Assembly (NCBI GenBank): GCA_964016885.1
Contig: OZ024743.1
Location: forward strand, 20,956,001 to 21,020,000
Length of the DNA: 64,000 bases
Direction: 5' to 3'
Source of the DNA: Eledone cirrhosa
Lineage: Eukaryota
Of the stretch, positions 41,551 to 55,270 are shown piece by piece. The notes beneath the pieces are model-generated. The model worked only from the letters and a program-made list of their open reading frames with translations, was not told the origin of the DNA and ran no database searches. The stretch's first letter is position 1, and each line of letters opens with the position of its first letter. A program made the translations under genes and the position numbers.

Positions 41551-42116
41551 AACCTGTCTCATGGTCGGGTCGTTGGCGACTAAACTGGCAACCCCACCAA
41601 GGTTTCTTGGTGAGGAGGGTGACTTTGGACATCCTGCAGGACTAAAAACAAAACCTGTCAAAGGGCAAAGGAGCTCTTAAGAGTCAATGGCCATCCAAAA
41701 TCACCGGGAGAGATGACCCCTTAGCCTTTGTCAAGGCAGAATTCTAGGAGAAGGAAAACTCTGATATAACACCTGCAACCCTGATGGTATCCAATGATCT
41801 TGACTTGTTCTTCTTTTTGGTAAATATCATCTTGGTTAAGAGAGTGGGACTGGCTTTGTGCAGTGCCTTTGCTCACTATAAAAGCTTCACGGCACAGGCA
41901 TTGCTTTATATCTGGAGATCTCTCTGCACTTGTCCTCACATGGTACCATGGGCCCAGCACTATGTGTCAATAATTGTCACAAGTGTAGTGTTTGTACCAG
42001 AGCTTTCAAGTCGCTGGCTGGACTAAAAAGTCACACTCGTTCAGCGCTTCGGTAGGGGTTCTCCTACATGGATATAAAGTAGTGGCCGTACTCGAAAACG
42101 AGTTGGCAGCCACCAT
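41551..42116 (+). mobile_element. Bipartite RTE-derived element, slightly 5'-truncated
   Basis: Near-identical to the 47138 copy; ends gccaccat(atgt)n. Confidence 0.8.
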
Positions 42117-42401
42117 ATATGTATGTATATATATATGTATGTATATGTATGTATATATATATATATGTATGTATGTATGTATGTATATATATATGTATGT
42201 ATGTATGTATATATGTATGTATATATATATGTATGTATGTATATATATATGTATATATGTATGTATATATATATGTATATATGTATGTATATGTGTATGT
42301 ATGTATATATGTATGTATGTATGTATATATGTATGTATGTATGTATATATGTATATACGTATGTATGTATGTATATATGTATATATATGTATATATATGT
42401 A

Positions 42402-42454
<53 letters not shown>

Positions 42455-42529
42455 ATATGTATATATATATATATGTATGTATATATGTATGTATGTATAT
42501 ATATATATATATGTATGTATGTATATATG

Positions 42530-42603
<74 letters not shown>

Positions 42604-42720
42604 TATGTATATATATATGTATGTATATATATATATGTATGTATATATGTATGTATATATGTATATAAATATGTATGTATATATGTATATGTATGTATAT
42701 ATGTATGTATATGTATGTAT

Positions 42721-43133
42721 CTGGGAGAGATGACCCCTTAGCCTTTGTCAAGGCAGAATTCTAGGAGAAGGAAAACTCTGATATAACACCTGCAACCCTG
42801 ATGGTATCCAATGATGTTGACTAGTTCTTCTTTTTGGTAAATATCATCTTGGTTAAGAGAGTGGGACTGGCTTTGTGCAGTGCCTTTGCTCACTATAAAA
42901 GCTTCACGGCACAGGCATTGCTTTATATCTGGAGATCTCTCCGCACTTGTCGTCACATGGTACCATGGGCCCAACACTATGTGTCAATAGTTGTCACAAG
43001 TGTAGTGTTTGTACCAGAGTTTTCAAGTCGCTGGCTGGACTAAAAAGTCACACTCGTTCAGCGCATCGGTAGGGGTTCTCCTACATGGATATAAAGTAGT
43101 GGTCGTACTCGAAAACGAGTTGGCAGCCACCAT
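42721..43133 (+). mobile_element. Bipartite RTE-derived element, 5'-truncated
   Basis: 3' 413 bp of the same family with an identical 3' end. Confidence 0.8.
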
Positions 43134-43274
43134 ATGTATGTATATATATATATGTATATAAATATGTATGTGTATATATATATATGTATGTGTATATATA
43201 TATATATAAATATATATGTATATATATATGTGTATATATATGTATATATATATGTGTGTATATATATGTATATA

Positions 43275-43367
<93 letters not shown>

Positions 43368-43376
43368 ATATATATA

Positions 43377-43430
<54 letters not shown>

Positions 43431-43436
43431 TGTATG

Positions 43437-43585
43437 ATTATTTCTGAAGACGGCATATATATGTGTTTGGTATGTATATTTAATTTTGATAGTTTGTATA
43501 ATTTTGTATAATTTCGTACATAGATCTGTTGAATATGCATGCCAATTCTAACACATATATATCCTAGAAACGATCGTTAAATAAT
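43437..43585 (+). ncRNA. Type-I hammerhead ribozyme with long stem II (Penelope pLTR-like segment 43437-43651)
   Basis: ATTATTT-CTGAAGA-[~116 nt, ends pairing via atatatatgtgtt/aacacatatatat and tggtatgtatatt/aatatgcatgcca]-GAAA-CGATCG-TT-AAATAAT. This gives a perfect 7-bp stem I, a palindromic ACGATCGT stem III and a GUU triplet (predicted cut after 43578). Confidence 0.7.
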
Positions 43586-43674
43586 GAACTTTTTTTGTTT
43601 AATATAAGGAACTGTTTCATTGTTTTATTCATTATTTTTTTAATATTTTATATATGTATATATATATATATATG

Positions 43675-43777
<103 letters not shown>

Positions 43778-44129
43778 GTATATATATATGTATAATATGT
43801 ATATATATATGTATATATATATATATATGTATATATATGTATATATATATGTATGTATATATGTATGTATATATATATATGTATATGTATATATATATGT
43901 ATATATATATGTATATATATATGTATATATATATATGTATATATATATATGTATATATATATGTATGTATGTATATATGTATATATATATGTATGTATGT
44001 ATATATGTATATATATATGTATGTATATATGTATATATATATGTATGTATGTATGTATGTATATATGTCTATGTATGTATATATATATATATATGTGTAT
44101 GTATGTATGTCTATATGTCTATATGTATG

Positions 44130-44164
<35 letters not shown>

Positions 44165-44307
44165 GTATGTATATATGTATATATGTATGTATATATATAT
44201 ATATATGTATGTATATATGTATATATGTATGTATATATGTATATATATATATATATATGTATGTATATATGTATGTATATATGTATTTATATATATGTAT
44301 ATATGTA

Positions 44308-44560
44308 TCATCATCATCATCATCAACGTTTAACGTCCGTGTTCCACGCTTGCATGGGTTTGGACGGGGGTAGTCCCACTTGAGGCAAGAGTGATTGTCT
44401 TGCTCGCATAGGACTGTCTGGCAGGTTTTCTACAGTTGGATGCCCTTCCTAACACCAACCACATTTACAGTGTGGGTCTGGGAGGTTTTTACCGTGTTGC
44501 CTACACGGCCACATTACAGCGTGGACTGTGTGTTTTTTTGTCGTGACACCTACACGATCT
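44308..44560 (-). mobile_element. Short retroposon with (GAT)n tail
   Basis: (cat)n-cgtttaacgtcc...ccacgcttgcatggg...ggatgcccttcctaacaccaacc; related to 51190 and to the tail of 32620. Confidence 0.7.
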
Positions 44561-44882
44561 CATATATATGTATATATGTATATGTATATATATATGTATA
44601 TATGTATATATATATGTATATATGTATATGTATATATATATATGTATATGTATGTATATATATATATATGTATATGTATATATGTATATGTATGTATATG
44701 TATATATATATATGTATATGTATGTATATATATATATATGTATATGTATGTATATATATATGTATGTATATGTATGTATATATATATATATATATATGTG
44801 TATGTATGTATGTATATATATATATATGTATGTATATATGTATGTATGTATATATATGTATATATGTATGTATGTATGTATG

Positions 44883-46970
44883 TTTTCTCTTTCTCTTAAT
44901 TTCGAGTATATTTTTTTGACTGGCCACCTTCCTGGTGGCAAGGTTGTAAAAGAAAAGAAATTGTCATCCCTTGAATCGCAAGAATGTTTTGCATATTTTG
45001 AAGGTGCCAGCTATCGCAGCCATTTGTAGACTATGAATTAGGGAGCTGCGCTTTTTGTCCGCAAATCCAAGTTCAGTCATACTTTGGTCCAAGCGGGTTG
45101 GTATATAACCCGTAGCACCAATAATGATGGGTATGAAGCTAAAGGTGTATCTTGGATACTGGATTTGTAAGCTCCTCATCAATGGTCCGTAGATGTCCTC
45201 CTTCTCCTGCATTTTTCTGACAACGTTTACATCAAGTGGGCAGCTGATCTCCACAACAGAACACGTTTTCAATGTGTGGTCCCAAACTACAATATCAGGC
45301 CGGTTGTGCTTTAATTTGGTGGCAGTTTTTATTTTCAGGTTCCACCAGTATTCCTTAGTGCCATCTGTCTCAATATATTCTTCCTCGTTTGTTGTTAATT
45401 TTGTTTTCCGAAGTGCGTTCCAGATAGTTCTAGCTATCCCATCGTGTCTCATGGGGAGGTAGTAGCGAGATGACATTCTTTCGCAGCTGGCAACAATGTG
45501 GCTTACATCCTCGATCTTTGTTTTACATAGCCTACATTTATTGTCAGCTGCTGGCCCTCCTCTTTTGTGCAGCAGATATTTGGTAGGGAGTTCTTGTTCC
45601 TGTATTGCATAGAGATATCCCTCAAGGTGTGATGTCATAAACTTGTCGGAACTCCATGCCAGGCTTTTTGAGTGGTTTATCCCCTCTATGGTCTGTGTTT
45701 TACGCCTCAAGTATCCATGCACAACTTTCTCTGTAAATTGGTCAATTTTCTTTTCTTGTTTGAACATTGAATAGGATCTTCCGATTTCTCTGGGTGAGAG
45801 ATTTATATCAGGCTTTATTCCATATCTCTCCTCCAGATCAGTCGCTATTCTAATGATATTTCTTTTTTCATGCTCATAAACCTGAGCAAGATGGTCGCCA
45901 ACCTTTTTCCTCTGTTGAAGGTGTTGCTTCAGTGTTACTATCCGGGTCTCATATGTTGTTAATATTGATTTTAGACCCCGGCCACCTTCCTTGCGTGAGA
46001 AGTATAGCCTATCCACATCACCATTGATGTTAAAGTTCCCAGTAACACTGAGAAGTTTACGAGTTCTAACATCCATCTCACTTAGTTCTTGCAATGACCA
46101 GTTCAGTAGGCCAAATGTTGGCGTTAGAATTGGCACAGCATAGGTATTGTGGGCAATGTATTTGTTGTATGCTGACAGTTCTGATGACCATTTTTTTTTT
46201 ACTCTTCTGAGGTATTCAGTTCTGGTTCTCTCCTTATTTATGGGTCCATCATATCTGACATTCTCATCCTGTCCAAGATATCTGTAGTTGTCACCTGACT
46301 GCAGAGGTTGTATTGTCAGGCCGTTCATATCTAGATTTCTAGAGGAGGGCACTGCTCTTCCACGTTTTACTGCCAAATATGCACACTTGGACTCACCAAA
46401 TTTCATTTTGATGTCGGTTGAAAATTGTGTAATGAGGTCCAATTGTTTCTTGATGTCATTGATATTTGGCCCATACAACTTCAGGTCATCAACAAAGAAA
46501 AGATGGGAGATACTTCTGGGCCCACTTCTTTGTCCACCTTGTTTCCTGAGTAGGTAAGATAGTGGATTCAGTGAGAGAACGAAGAGTAGTACTGACAAGC
46601 TATCACCCTGAAAGATGCCCTTCTGGTAATGTATCCTATCAGTCTTAACCTGCTCCTTCTCACCTCTAAGGATCAAATTGGTGTACCAGTTCTTGGTCAG
46701 GCGTTCAACAGCAGCTACTAATGGTTGTGGGACTTTAGCTAACTGTAAAGCCTTAATAATCCACCCATGAGGTACACTATCAAATGCTTTTTGATAGTCC
46801 AGCCACACAACAGTCATGTTTCTGCGATTCTTTGTTGTTTTTTCCTGAATCATTTTGTTAGTTAGTAGGTGATCTATGCAACCCCACACCTCCCTCTTTC
46901 CACCAGCTTGCTCAGGTGTTATGATGTTGTTGGTAGCACAGTGATCCTGTAAGAACAGGTTAAGGCACCC
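44883..46970 (-). mobile_element. 5'-truncated R4/Dong-type non-LTR retrotransposon inserted in (CATA)n
   Basis: RT plus C-terminal restriction-like endonuclease ORF, ~80-nt 3' UTR running into (CATA)n, microsatellite on both sides. Confidence 0.88.
44964..46969 (-). CDS. Reverse transcriptase + CCHC zinc knuckle + RLE endonuclease (no start codon; truncated)
   Basis: [50 protein letters not shown]...H...C, RHD, RPDIV...EISCP. The frame continues upstream of 46889 as [27 protein letters not shown]. Confidence 0.92.
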
Positions 46971-46986
46971 AATATGTATGTATGTA

Positions 46987-47022
<36 letters not shown>

Positions 47023-47074
47023 TATATATGTATGTATGTATGTATATGTATGTATGTATGTATGTATGTATATG

Positions 47075-47105
<31 letters not shown>

Positions 47106-47137
47106 ATATGTATGTATGTATGTATGTATATATGTAT

Positions 47138-47748
47138 GTCAGGTCACCAGTTGGTGCTACTGGTAACATGTATCCCAGTACAACCTGCCTCATGGTCGGG
47201 TCGTTGGCGACTAAACTGGCAACCCCACCAAGGTCTCTTGGTGAGGAGGGTGACTTTGGACATCCTGCAGGACTAAAAACAAAACCTGTCAAAGGGCAAA
47301 GGAGCTCTTAAGAGTCAATGGCCATCCAAAATCACCGGGAGAGATGACCCCTTAGCCTTTGTCAAGGCAGAATTCTAGGAGAAGGAAAACTCTGATATAA
47401 CACCTGCAACCTTGATGGTATCCAATGATGTTGACTTGTTCTTCTTTTTGGTAAATATCATCTTGGTTAAGAGAGTGGGACTGGCTTTGTGCAGTGCCTT
47501 TGCTCACTATAAAAGCTTCACGGCACAGGCATTGCTTTATATCTGGAGATCTCTCTGCACTTGTCCTCACATGAGTACCATGGGCCCAGCACTATGTGTC
47601 AATAATTGTCACAAGTGTAGTGTTTGTACCAGAGTTTTCAAGTCGCTGGCTGGACTAAAAAGTCACACTCATGCAGCGCTTCGGTAGGGGTTCTCCTACA
47701 TGGATATAAAGTAGTGGCCGTACTCGAAAACGAGTTGGCAGCCACCAT
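47138..47748 (+). mobile_element. Bipartite RTE-derived element, full copy
   Basis: 5' part has GGAGAAGGAAAACTCTGA; 3' part encodes [19 protein letters not shown] (C2H2-like); tail (atgt)n. Confidence 0.8.
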
Positions 47749-47927
47749 ATATGTATGTATGTATGTATATATATATATGTATGTATGTATATATATATGT
47801 ATGTATATATATATATATGTATGTATGTATGTATATATATATATATATGTATGTATGTATATATATATATATATGTATGTATGTATATATATATATATAT
47901 GTATGTATGTATATATATATATGTATG

Positions 47928-47958
<31 letters not shown>

Positions 47959-48077
47959 ATATATATATATATGTATGTATATATATATATATATGTATGT
48001 ATGTATATATATGTATGTATGTATGTATGTATATATATGTATGTATGTATGTATATACATATATATATGTATGTATG

Positions 48078-48110
<33 letters not shown>

Positions 48111-48265
48111 GTATATATATATGTATGTATGTATGTATATATATATGTATGTATGTATGTATATATATATGTATGTATGTATGTATATATATATGTATGT
48201 ATGTATGTATATATATATATATGTGTATGTATATATATGTATGTATATATATATATATATGTATG

Positions 48266-48296
<31 letters not shown>

Positions 48297-48300
48297 ATAT

Positions 48301-48341
<41 letters not shown>

Positions 48342-48357
48342 TATATATATATGTATG

Positions 48358-48388
<31 letters not shown>

Positions 48389-48393
48389 GTATG

Positions 48394-48428
<35 letters not shown>

Positions 48429-48541
48429 GTATATATATATATATATGTATGTATGTATATATATATATATATGTTTGTATGTATGTATATATGTATGTAT
48501 GTATGTATATATATATATCTGTATGTATGTATGTATGTATG

Positions 48542-48572
<31 letters not shown>

Positions 48573-48631
48573 GTATATATATATATATGTATACATGTAT
48601 GTGTATATATATATATGTATATATGTATGTG

Positions 48632-48687
<56 letters not shown>

Positions 48688-48697
48688 TATGTATATA

Positions 48698-48836
<139 letters not shown>

Positions 48837-48865
48837 ATATGTATATATATATATATATATGTATG

Positions 48866-48919
<54 letters not shown>

Positions 48920-49015
48920 TGTATATGTATATGTATATATATATGTATATGTATATATATGTATATATATATGTATATATATATGTATATGTATATATAT
49001 ATGTATATGTATATA

Positions 49016-49059
<44 letters not shown>

Positions 49060-49160
49060 TATATATATATATATATGTATATATATATGTATATATATAT
49101 GTATATGTATATATATATGTATATGTATATATATGTGTATGTATATATGTATATGTATAT

Positions 49161-49720
49161 AGATAAATCTACCAAAAGTTTACGGTAGTGTCCAATCCGT
49201 ATGAAGAACTCAATGTAATCCGGATATCATGGAAAGAAGAGATGCATTCAAAAATCACTTTCGGTGAAAGATAAACGGAATACAGAGTCAAGATAAAATA
49301 TTAAAAGGATAATGAATAGAGCAATGAAACGGTTCCTTATATTAAACGGGGAGGGTTCATTGTTTGACGATCGTTTCTGGGACATGTGTGTGTTGGAATT
49401 GGCATGCATGTTCAGCAGATCTATGTACAGAATTGTACAGGATTGTGCAAGCTATCAGGTGGAATATACATGCCGGCACATACATGTGCTGTCTTCAGAA
49501 ATAAATTATTATTTCTGAAGACGGCATATGTATGTGTTGGTGTGTGTATTCTGTTTGATGGTTTGTGTGATTTTGTATAGTTTTGTGCATGGATCTGTTG
49601 GGTGTGCATGCCAATTCTAACACGTGTGTGTCCTGGAGGCGATCGTTGAATGATGAACTTTTTTTGTTTAATATAGGGAACTGTTTCATTGTTTTGTTCA
49701 TTATTTTTTTAATATTTTAT
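49161..49720 (+). mobile_element. Inverted (fold-back) Penelope pLTR-like element; hairpin 49293-49720 with both arms A-to-G hypermutated
   Basis: Arms 49293-49504 and 49509-49720 are reverse complements with almost exclusively G.T mismatches. Both align to 43437-43651. 49161-49292 is an unpaired extension of the left arm. Confidence 0.85.
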
Positions 49721-49733
49721 ATATGTATATATA

Positions 49734-49769
<36 letters not shown>

Positions 49770-49946
49770 TGTATGTATGTATATATATATGTATGTATAT
49801 ATGTATGTATGTATATATATATATATATGTATGTATGTATATGTATATATATATGTATGTGTATATGTATATATATATGTATGTATATATGTATGTATAT
49901 GTGTATGTATGTATGTATGTATGTATATATGTATGTATGTATATAT

Positions 49947-50539
49947 GTCAGGTCACCACTTGGTGCTACTGGTAACATGTATTCCAGTACAACCTGTCCC
50001 ATGGTCGGGTCGTTGGCGACTAAACTGGCAACCCCACTAAGGTTTCTTGGTGAGGAGGGTGACTTTGGACATCCTGCAGGACTGAAAACAAAACCTGTCA
50101 AAGGAGCTCTTAAGAGTCAATGGCCATCCAAAATCACCGGGAGAGATGAACCCTTAGCCTTTGTCAAGGCGGAATTCTAGAAGGAAAACTCTGATATAAC
50201 ACCTGCAACTCTGATGGTATCCAATGATGTTGACTTGTTCTTCTTTTTGGTAAATATCATCTTGGTTAAGAGAGTGGGACTGGCTTTGTGCAGTGCCTTT
50301 GCTCACTATAAAAGCTTCACGGCACAGGCATTGCTTTATATCTGGAGATCTCTCTGCACTTGTCATCACATGGTACCATGGGCACTATGTGTCAATAATT
50401 GTCACAAGTGTAGTGTTTGTACCAGAGTTTTCAAGTCGCTGGCTGGACTAAAGTCACATTCGTTCAGTGCATCGGTAGGAGTTCTCCTACATGGATATCA
50501 AGTAGTGGCCGTACTCGAAAACGAGTTGGCAGCCACCAT
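49947..50539 (+). mobile_element. Bipartite RTE-derived element, full copy with small deletions
   Basis: Same termini as the 47138 copy. Confidence 0.8.
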
Positions 50540-50560
50540 ATATATATGTATGTATGTATG

Positions 50561-50621
<61 letters not shown>

Positions 50622-51189
50622 CCAACAGGGTAAACAGATGTTAAATGATGTTATATATATATATATATATATGTGTGTGTGATAATAAGGATTTAGATTG
50701 ATATACAATGATTTCGATCTCAGAGCTTACAATTTGCTCAACAAATCCATTTGGAGCCCATGCATTGGATGATTTGTAAAGCAACATTCCCAGTCAGGAG
50801 CCCTTGTCAAGAAGCAGAAGGAAATTATTGATTCAACAGTTTAACATGTAAAAACATTAAAGTACTCACAATTTTTGTCATTTGAAATGGCCAGTATCTT
50901 GTTAGAATAGGCGTCAGAATATAAAAATCCACATATTTGCCTGTACATTACAATTTTGGTCCAAAATGATAACCTGCTACTCATCAATTAAAGTTAAAAA
51001 TACAGCAAGGCTATGTATGTTTATATTACATAGACATGTTTCCATATATGTCTCTCTTCTGAATCATGCTGTGTTAATGCTATTGCTTACTATCATCATC
51101 ATCATCATCTAACCTCCATTTTCCCAGTGTATGTGTATTTACAGTATATAAATACACACACACACACACACACGTATATATATATATAT

Positions 51190-51470
51190 ATCATCATCAT
51201 CATCACCCTCACCGTTTAACGTCCATCTTCCACGCTAGCATGGGTTTGACGGTTTTGTCCCACTTGAGGTGAGATTGGTCAGGAGACTATGTCTTGCTCA
51301 TACAGAACTGTTTCTGGCAGGTTTTCTACAGATGGATATGCCATTCCTAACACCAACAACATTTACAGTGTGGACTGGGAGCCTTTTTACCGTGTCTCTT
51401 ACACAACCACTTTACAGTGTGGATTGGGTGATTTTTGTTGTCTGCTACATGACCACTTTACAGTGAATGG
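51190..51470 (-). mobile_element. Short retroposon with (GAT)n tail
   Basis: Aligns to 44308-44560. Confidence 0.7.
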
Positions 51471-51974
51471 AAATGGGAGGATGGAGTAGGGGGTGTGGGG
51501 CATTTATTGGGTTAAGAGGTGCCTACTGACTGTAGGTTTCAGTTTGTATGTAAGGGAAGGCGAGTCTTATATATATATATATATATATATATATTGGCTG
51601 CATCACTGTTTTAAGAATTGCCATCCCTTAACCATTTCTTCATAAATGGGTGGCACATTCCTTTCTGCAAATGCTGCAGTAACAGAAAAAGAAAGGTCAT
51701 GTTCACACAACTTACTTAAAAGGTTTTACATCAGAGTTTTCCTTCTCCTAAAATGATGTCCTGACAAGAACAAGGAGTATCTTACTCCCAATCACCTAAC
51801 TGCATGCTCAGGCATGAAACCAATTAATTTTATGTCCTTGTGCATATTTATGTGTGTGTGTGTATGTATATATATATATACACACACATACATATATACA
51901 GTAGAAGTTGCTTTTTCTGATTCTAATAAGCTGATAAGATTCAATAAAGATGAGGTTTTAGGATCCAGTCATAT

Positions 51975-52077
51975 TGATAACAATTGTTTCTTCTTTTGGC
52001 ACAAGGCCAGCAATTATCCTAGTACATTACTGGTACTTTATTTTATCGACCCCGTAAGGATGAAAGGCAAAGTTAAC
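51975..52077 (-). mobile_element. 5'-truncated SINE family A
   Basis: Tail and core only. Confidence 0.75.
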
Positions 52078-52379
52078 TAATTATGTGATTATATTAGTGG
52101 AAAAGAAGAATATGAAATAGATGAGAAGCTAGATATCAAGTTTACATACCATGTAACTGAAAGCCAGTGTTCTTCATTGAGAGCATCAGAGGTAGGAGAT
52201 ATTCTGGATTGCAGGGTGACGGGTATCAGTGTGAATCAAATCATTGTTGGAGAATGACACTGATGCACTTATCCTCACTCTTGCTCAGTAAAAAGAAGCT
52301 TGAAAAAGTTATGAGTGGTTGCTGAATGTGGAGGACACACATGGAAATATGGACAATTCCCAGTAAAATAAACAGAGAA

Positions 52380-52830
52380 CCTAGTTATTGAGGTAGACAG
52401 TTGTATGGTCAAAAAGGCAATCGAGGATATGAAGGAAAAAGCTGACATACGAACAGGGACAATTGCTGAGATGCTGAAAATATTTGGCAAATATAGTTTG
52501 AGCTAGTCACTCATGAGGTAGTATATGATGGTATCATACCTGATGAATGGCGGCATAGCACTATCATCATTTGCAAGAGTGAAAGTGATGCTCTAGATGG
52601 GTGCAACTAAAATTACATAGTTACATCTAAATGATGGATCAAGCTATGAAAGTAGCAGAAAGAGTCTAAGCATAACTGATTAGGGAAAGAATTAGATTAG
52701 ATGAGATGCAGTTTGGATATTTGCCAAGATTGAGAACTACTTTTTAGTGAAATAGGAATGGTTAAAAATAAGCCATTATATTTAGCTTTTATTGGATAGA
52801 AAGCCTTCAACAAAGTACCACATTCTGTTG
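52380..52830 (+). pseudogene. Decayed RTE-like reverse transcriptase fragment
   Basis: Broken reading of IPDEWRHSTI, EMQFG and AFI..KAFNKVPH motifs with stops and frameshifts. Confidence 0.55.
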
Positions 52831-55270
52831 TATATTGTTTCACAGTTTTGATACCAAACCACTCAAAATCTTGTTTTATACTGTTTATATACATCTAAAA
52901 ACCTATCATAAATTTATATAAGAACCATTTAATTATGATCCAAACTTGATGAGAAAATTAGGGGTGTTCATTTGCTAATGAAATTGTATTATTGCACCCA
53001 AAGCAATTTTATTTAAATAATTGTATCAAAATTGTGCATATGCTCACATATTATAAACAGGTTTAGTATTACCAATACCTGTTATTTTGAACTGTATTTT
53101 TTTTAGTTCAAATCCTGTTGAGTCTACATTCCACCCACTCCTGAGTTTACAACATAAGTATATAAACTGTGCATGTGATTCTTAATATTTATCGATCTTT
53201 CTTTCTTTTACAATAAACATCAGTTGTTAGCAAAGTGACAATGATTTCATAGTAGAAAGTGAATTGTGACAACTATTAGAATGTACATATTTGTTCGGCA
53301 CTTGATATATGTGCATATGTGTTTCTTTCAATTGATAAATTGAAGATATGATAATTCAAAGGCGGTTTTCTGGATTTTTCTACATTATGTTCTATATATA
53401 ACTTTAAGCTTCAATGTTTCTGTATAAATATATTTATATATAGCTTATTCCTATTGTTCCAATGTACAAGGGTTTTTTTTTATTTTCTGTAATAAAACAT
53501 TCATATCTGCTAACTTGTGCAGTAGTATATGACATTTAGTCCCTTGTGCCAAGTCTTTCAGGTTTTCACCAAATAACTCTACATGTATAAAATTTAGATT
53601 TATCTTACTTTTTAAAAAAAAGTCATGCTTATAACTTTTGTCAGATTTCTCCTCCCAGCAGATAGCATTGTGTGTCATTTGTGAAAAATTGATACACATT
53701 TATGAGATTTACACTCATGCATGCATCTAGAATATACGAATGAAAAATTATGTTGAAAAGTTCCAAAGTCAATCAACTTTAAAATGTTTATAAAGATGCA
53801 CCCACTTACATGTTACAAAACTGATTGTCCAATAGCTGAATGAACTGGTTTATAATATATTGTTCCTCCTCTAACCTAGATACCATATACTTATGTGACT
53901 ATTGTTTTCAAAATTAGTCATTTAAAAAAATTATTTCAGTAATTTTATAGCAAATGGAAACAGCCATTTTAGAATTTACTATGGAGAATTAAAATATCTT
54001 ATTACATATTAACTGGAATATACAGAGGCATGTGCTTCCTATCTTGACTTGCTTGCATTTTTTCTGTGTTATTTAGAGTGCACAGATGCATCATAATTTT
54101 CCAAACAAGTCTATATACGAATATGAAAAATAATTGAAAACAACGAATAGCAGATTACCTGTACAAAAACTGTTTAAAACCTATTGGGGTATAAAAGAAA
54201 AATAATTTTATAATTTAAAACAAGTACTTTTCTAAGCATTACAAAAAAAATGAAAGCAAAACAATCCTTTTAATATTATCCAGTTATCTAAATGTATAAT
54301 TTCTATTCAGCAGAAATTACTAGAAGCATGAAATGAAGCATGAAATGTTCAAGATATTCCTCAAAATAAATACATTTATAACTTTGATAATTCTTGTATT
54401 TTAAAACTCTTTTTTATTATTATTTGAAACTCATATGTATCTTTTTATAATAACATGTCTAATATACATAAAGCAAAAGTCTGCTGATTCTAAAATTCTA
54501 CTTCAGTTTCTTGTGTTCACTCTTACATATTTATTTAGTCATGTGTTATTTCTTTATTAATTTATAGAAAACTACATTTTAAGTTCACAATTCCAATTAC
54601 AAATCACTTTTCCATTTTGAATATTTATCCTAAAACTATTATCTATGATATAGATTTTTATCTATATATGTAAAATTGTTTGTATTGAGTGTATTTAAAT
54701 ATGTGTGTGTATGAGTGCATATTGATGTATATGTATTTAGAATATATATACTCATACCAAACCCATGCAAGCGTCAAACATGGACGTTAAACGATGATGA
54801 TGATATGTCAGGCAGTTTACAACTTCCTTATTAAAATGATGACAATCTTATAAAAACCTATATTACATTTGACGAGTAGGAAGATCAACTTCCTCTTGTA
54901 ATGGTAAATATGTTGTTGTTTTTTAAAGTCACTTATTATATTTCAATATAATTCGAGCATCTAATCTTTCAAGTTCTGACATCTTTACTACAGAAAGAAG
55001 ATGACAATTTTATTATCTGCCATTGTATTAAAAAGAAAAGACAGTATAGCTTTTGATTACAGCCTTCATAACTGTCATATTGACAATTTTAATTTCTCAC
55101 ATTTCAAATTTCACAGCAATTTCACAGATATGTTCAATTGAAGCACAAAACAGAAGAATTTACCCCATTTAAGTTGTTACTTTAGTTGAAAACTATATTT
55201 TGCATATTTTGAAATATAATTCTTTACTCTAGTTATTGTGAAAACTTAAACATTTTCTTTTATATTTCAG

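Noticed and set aside
45193-46557. Two 89-aa plus-strand ORFs
   Set aside because: Antisense to the R4/Dong ORF, with no independent coding signal.
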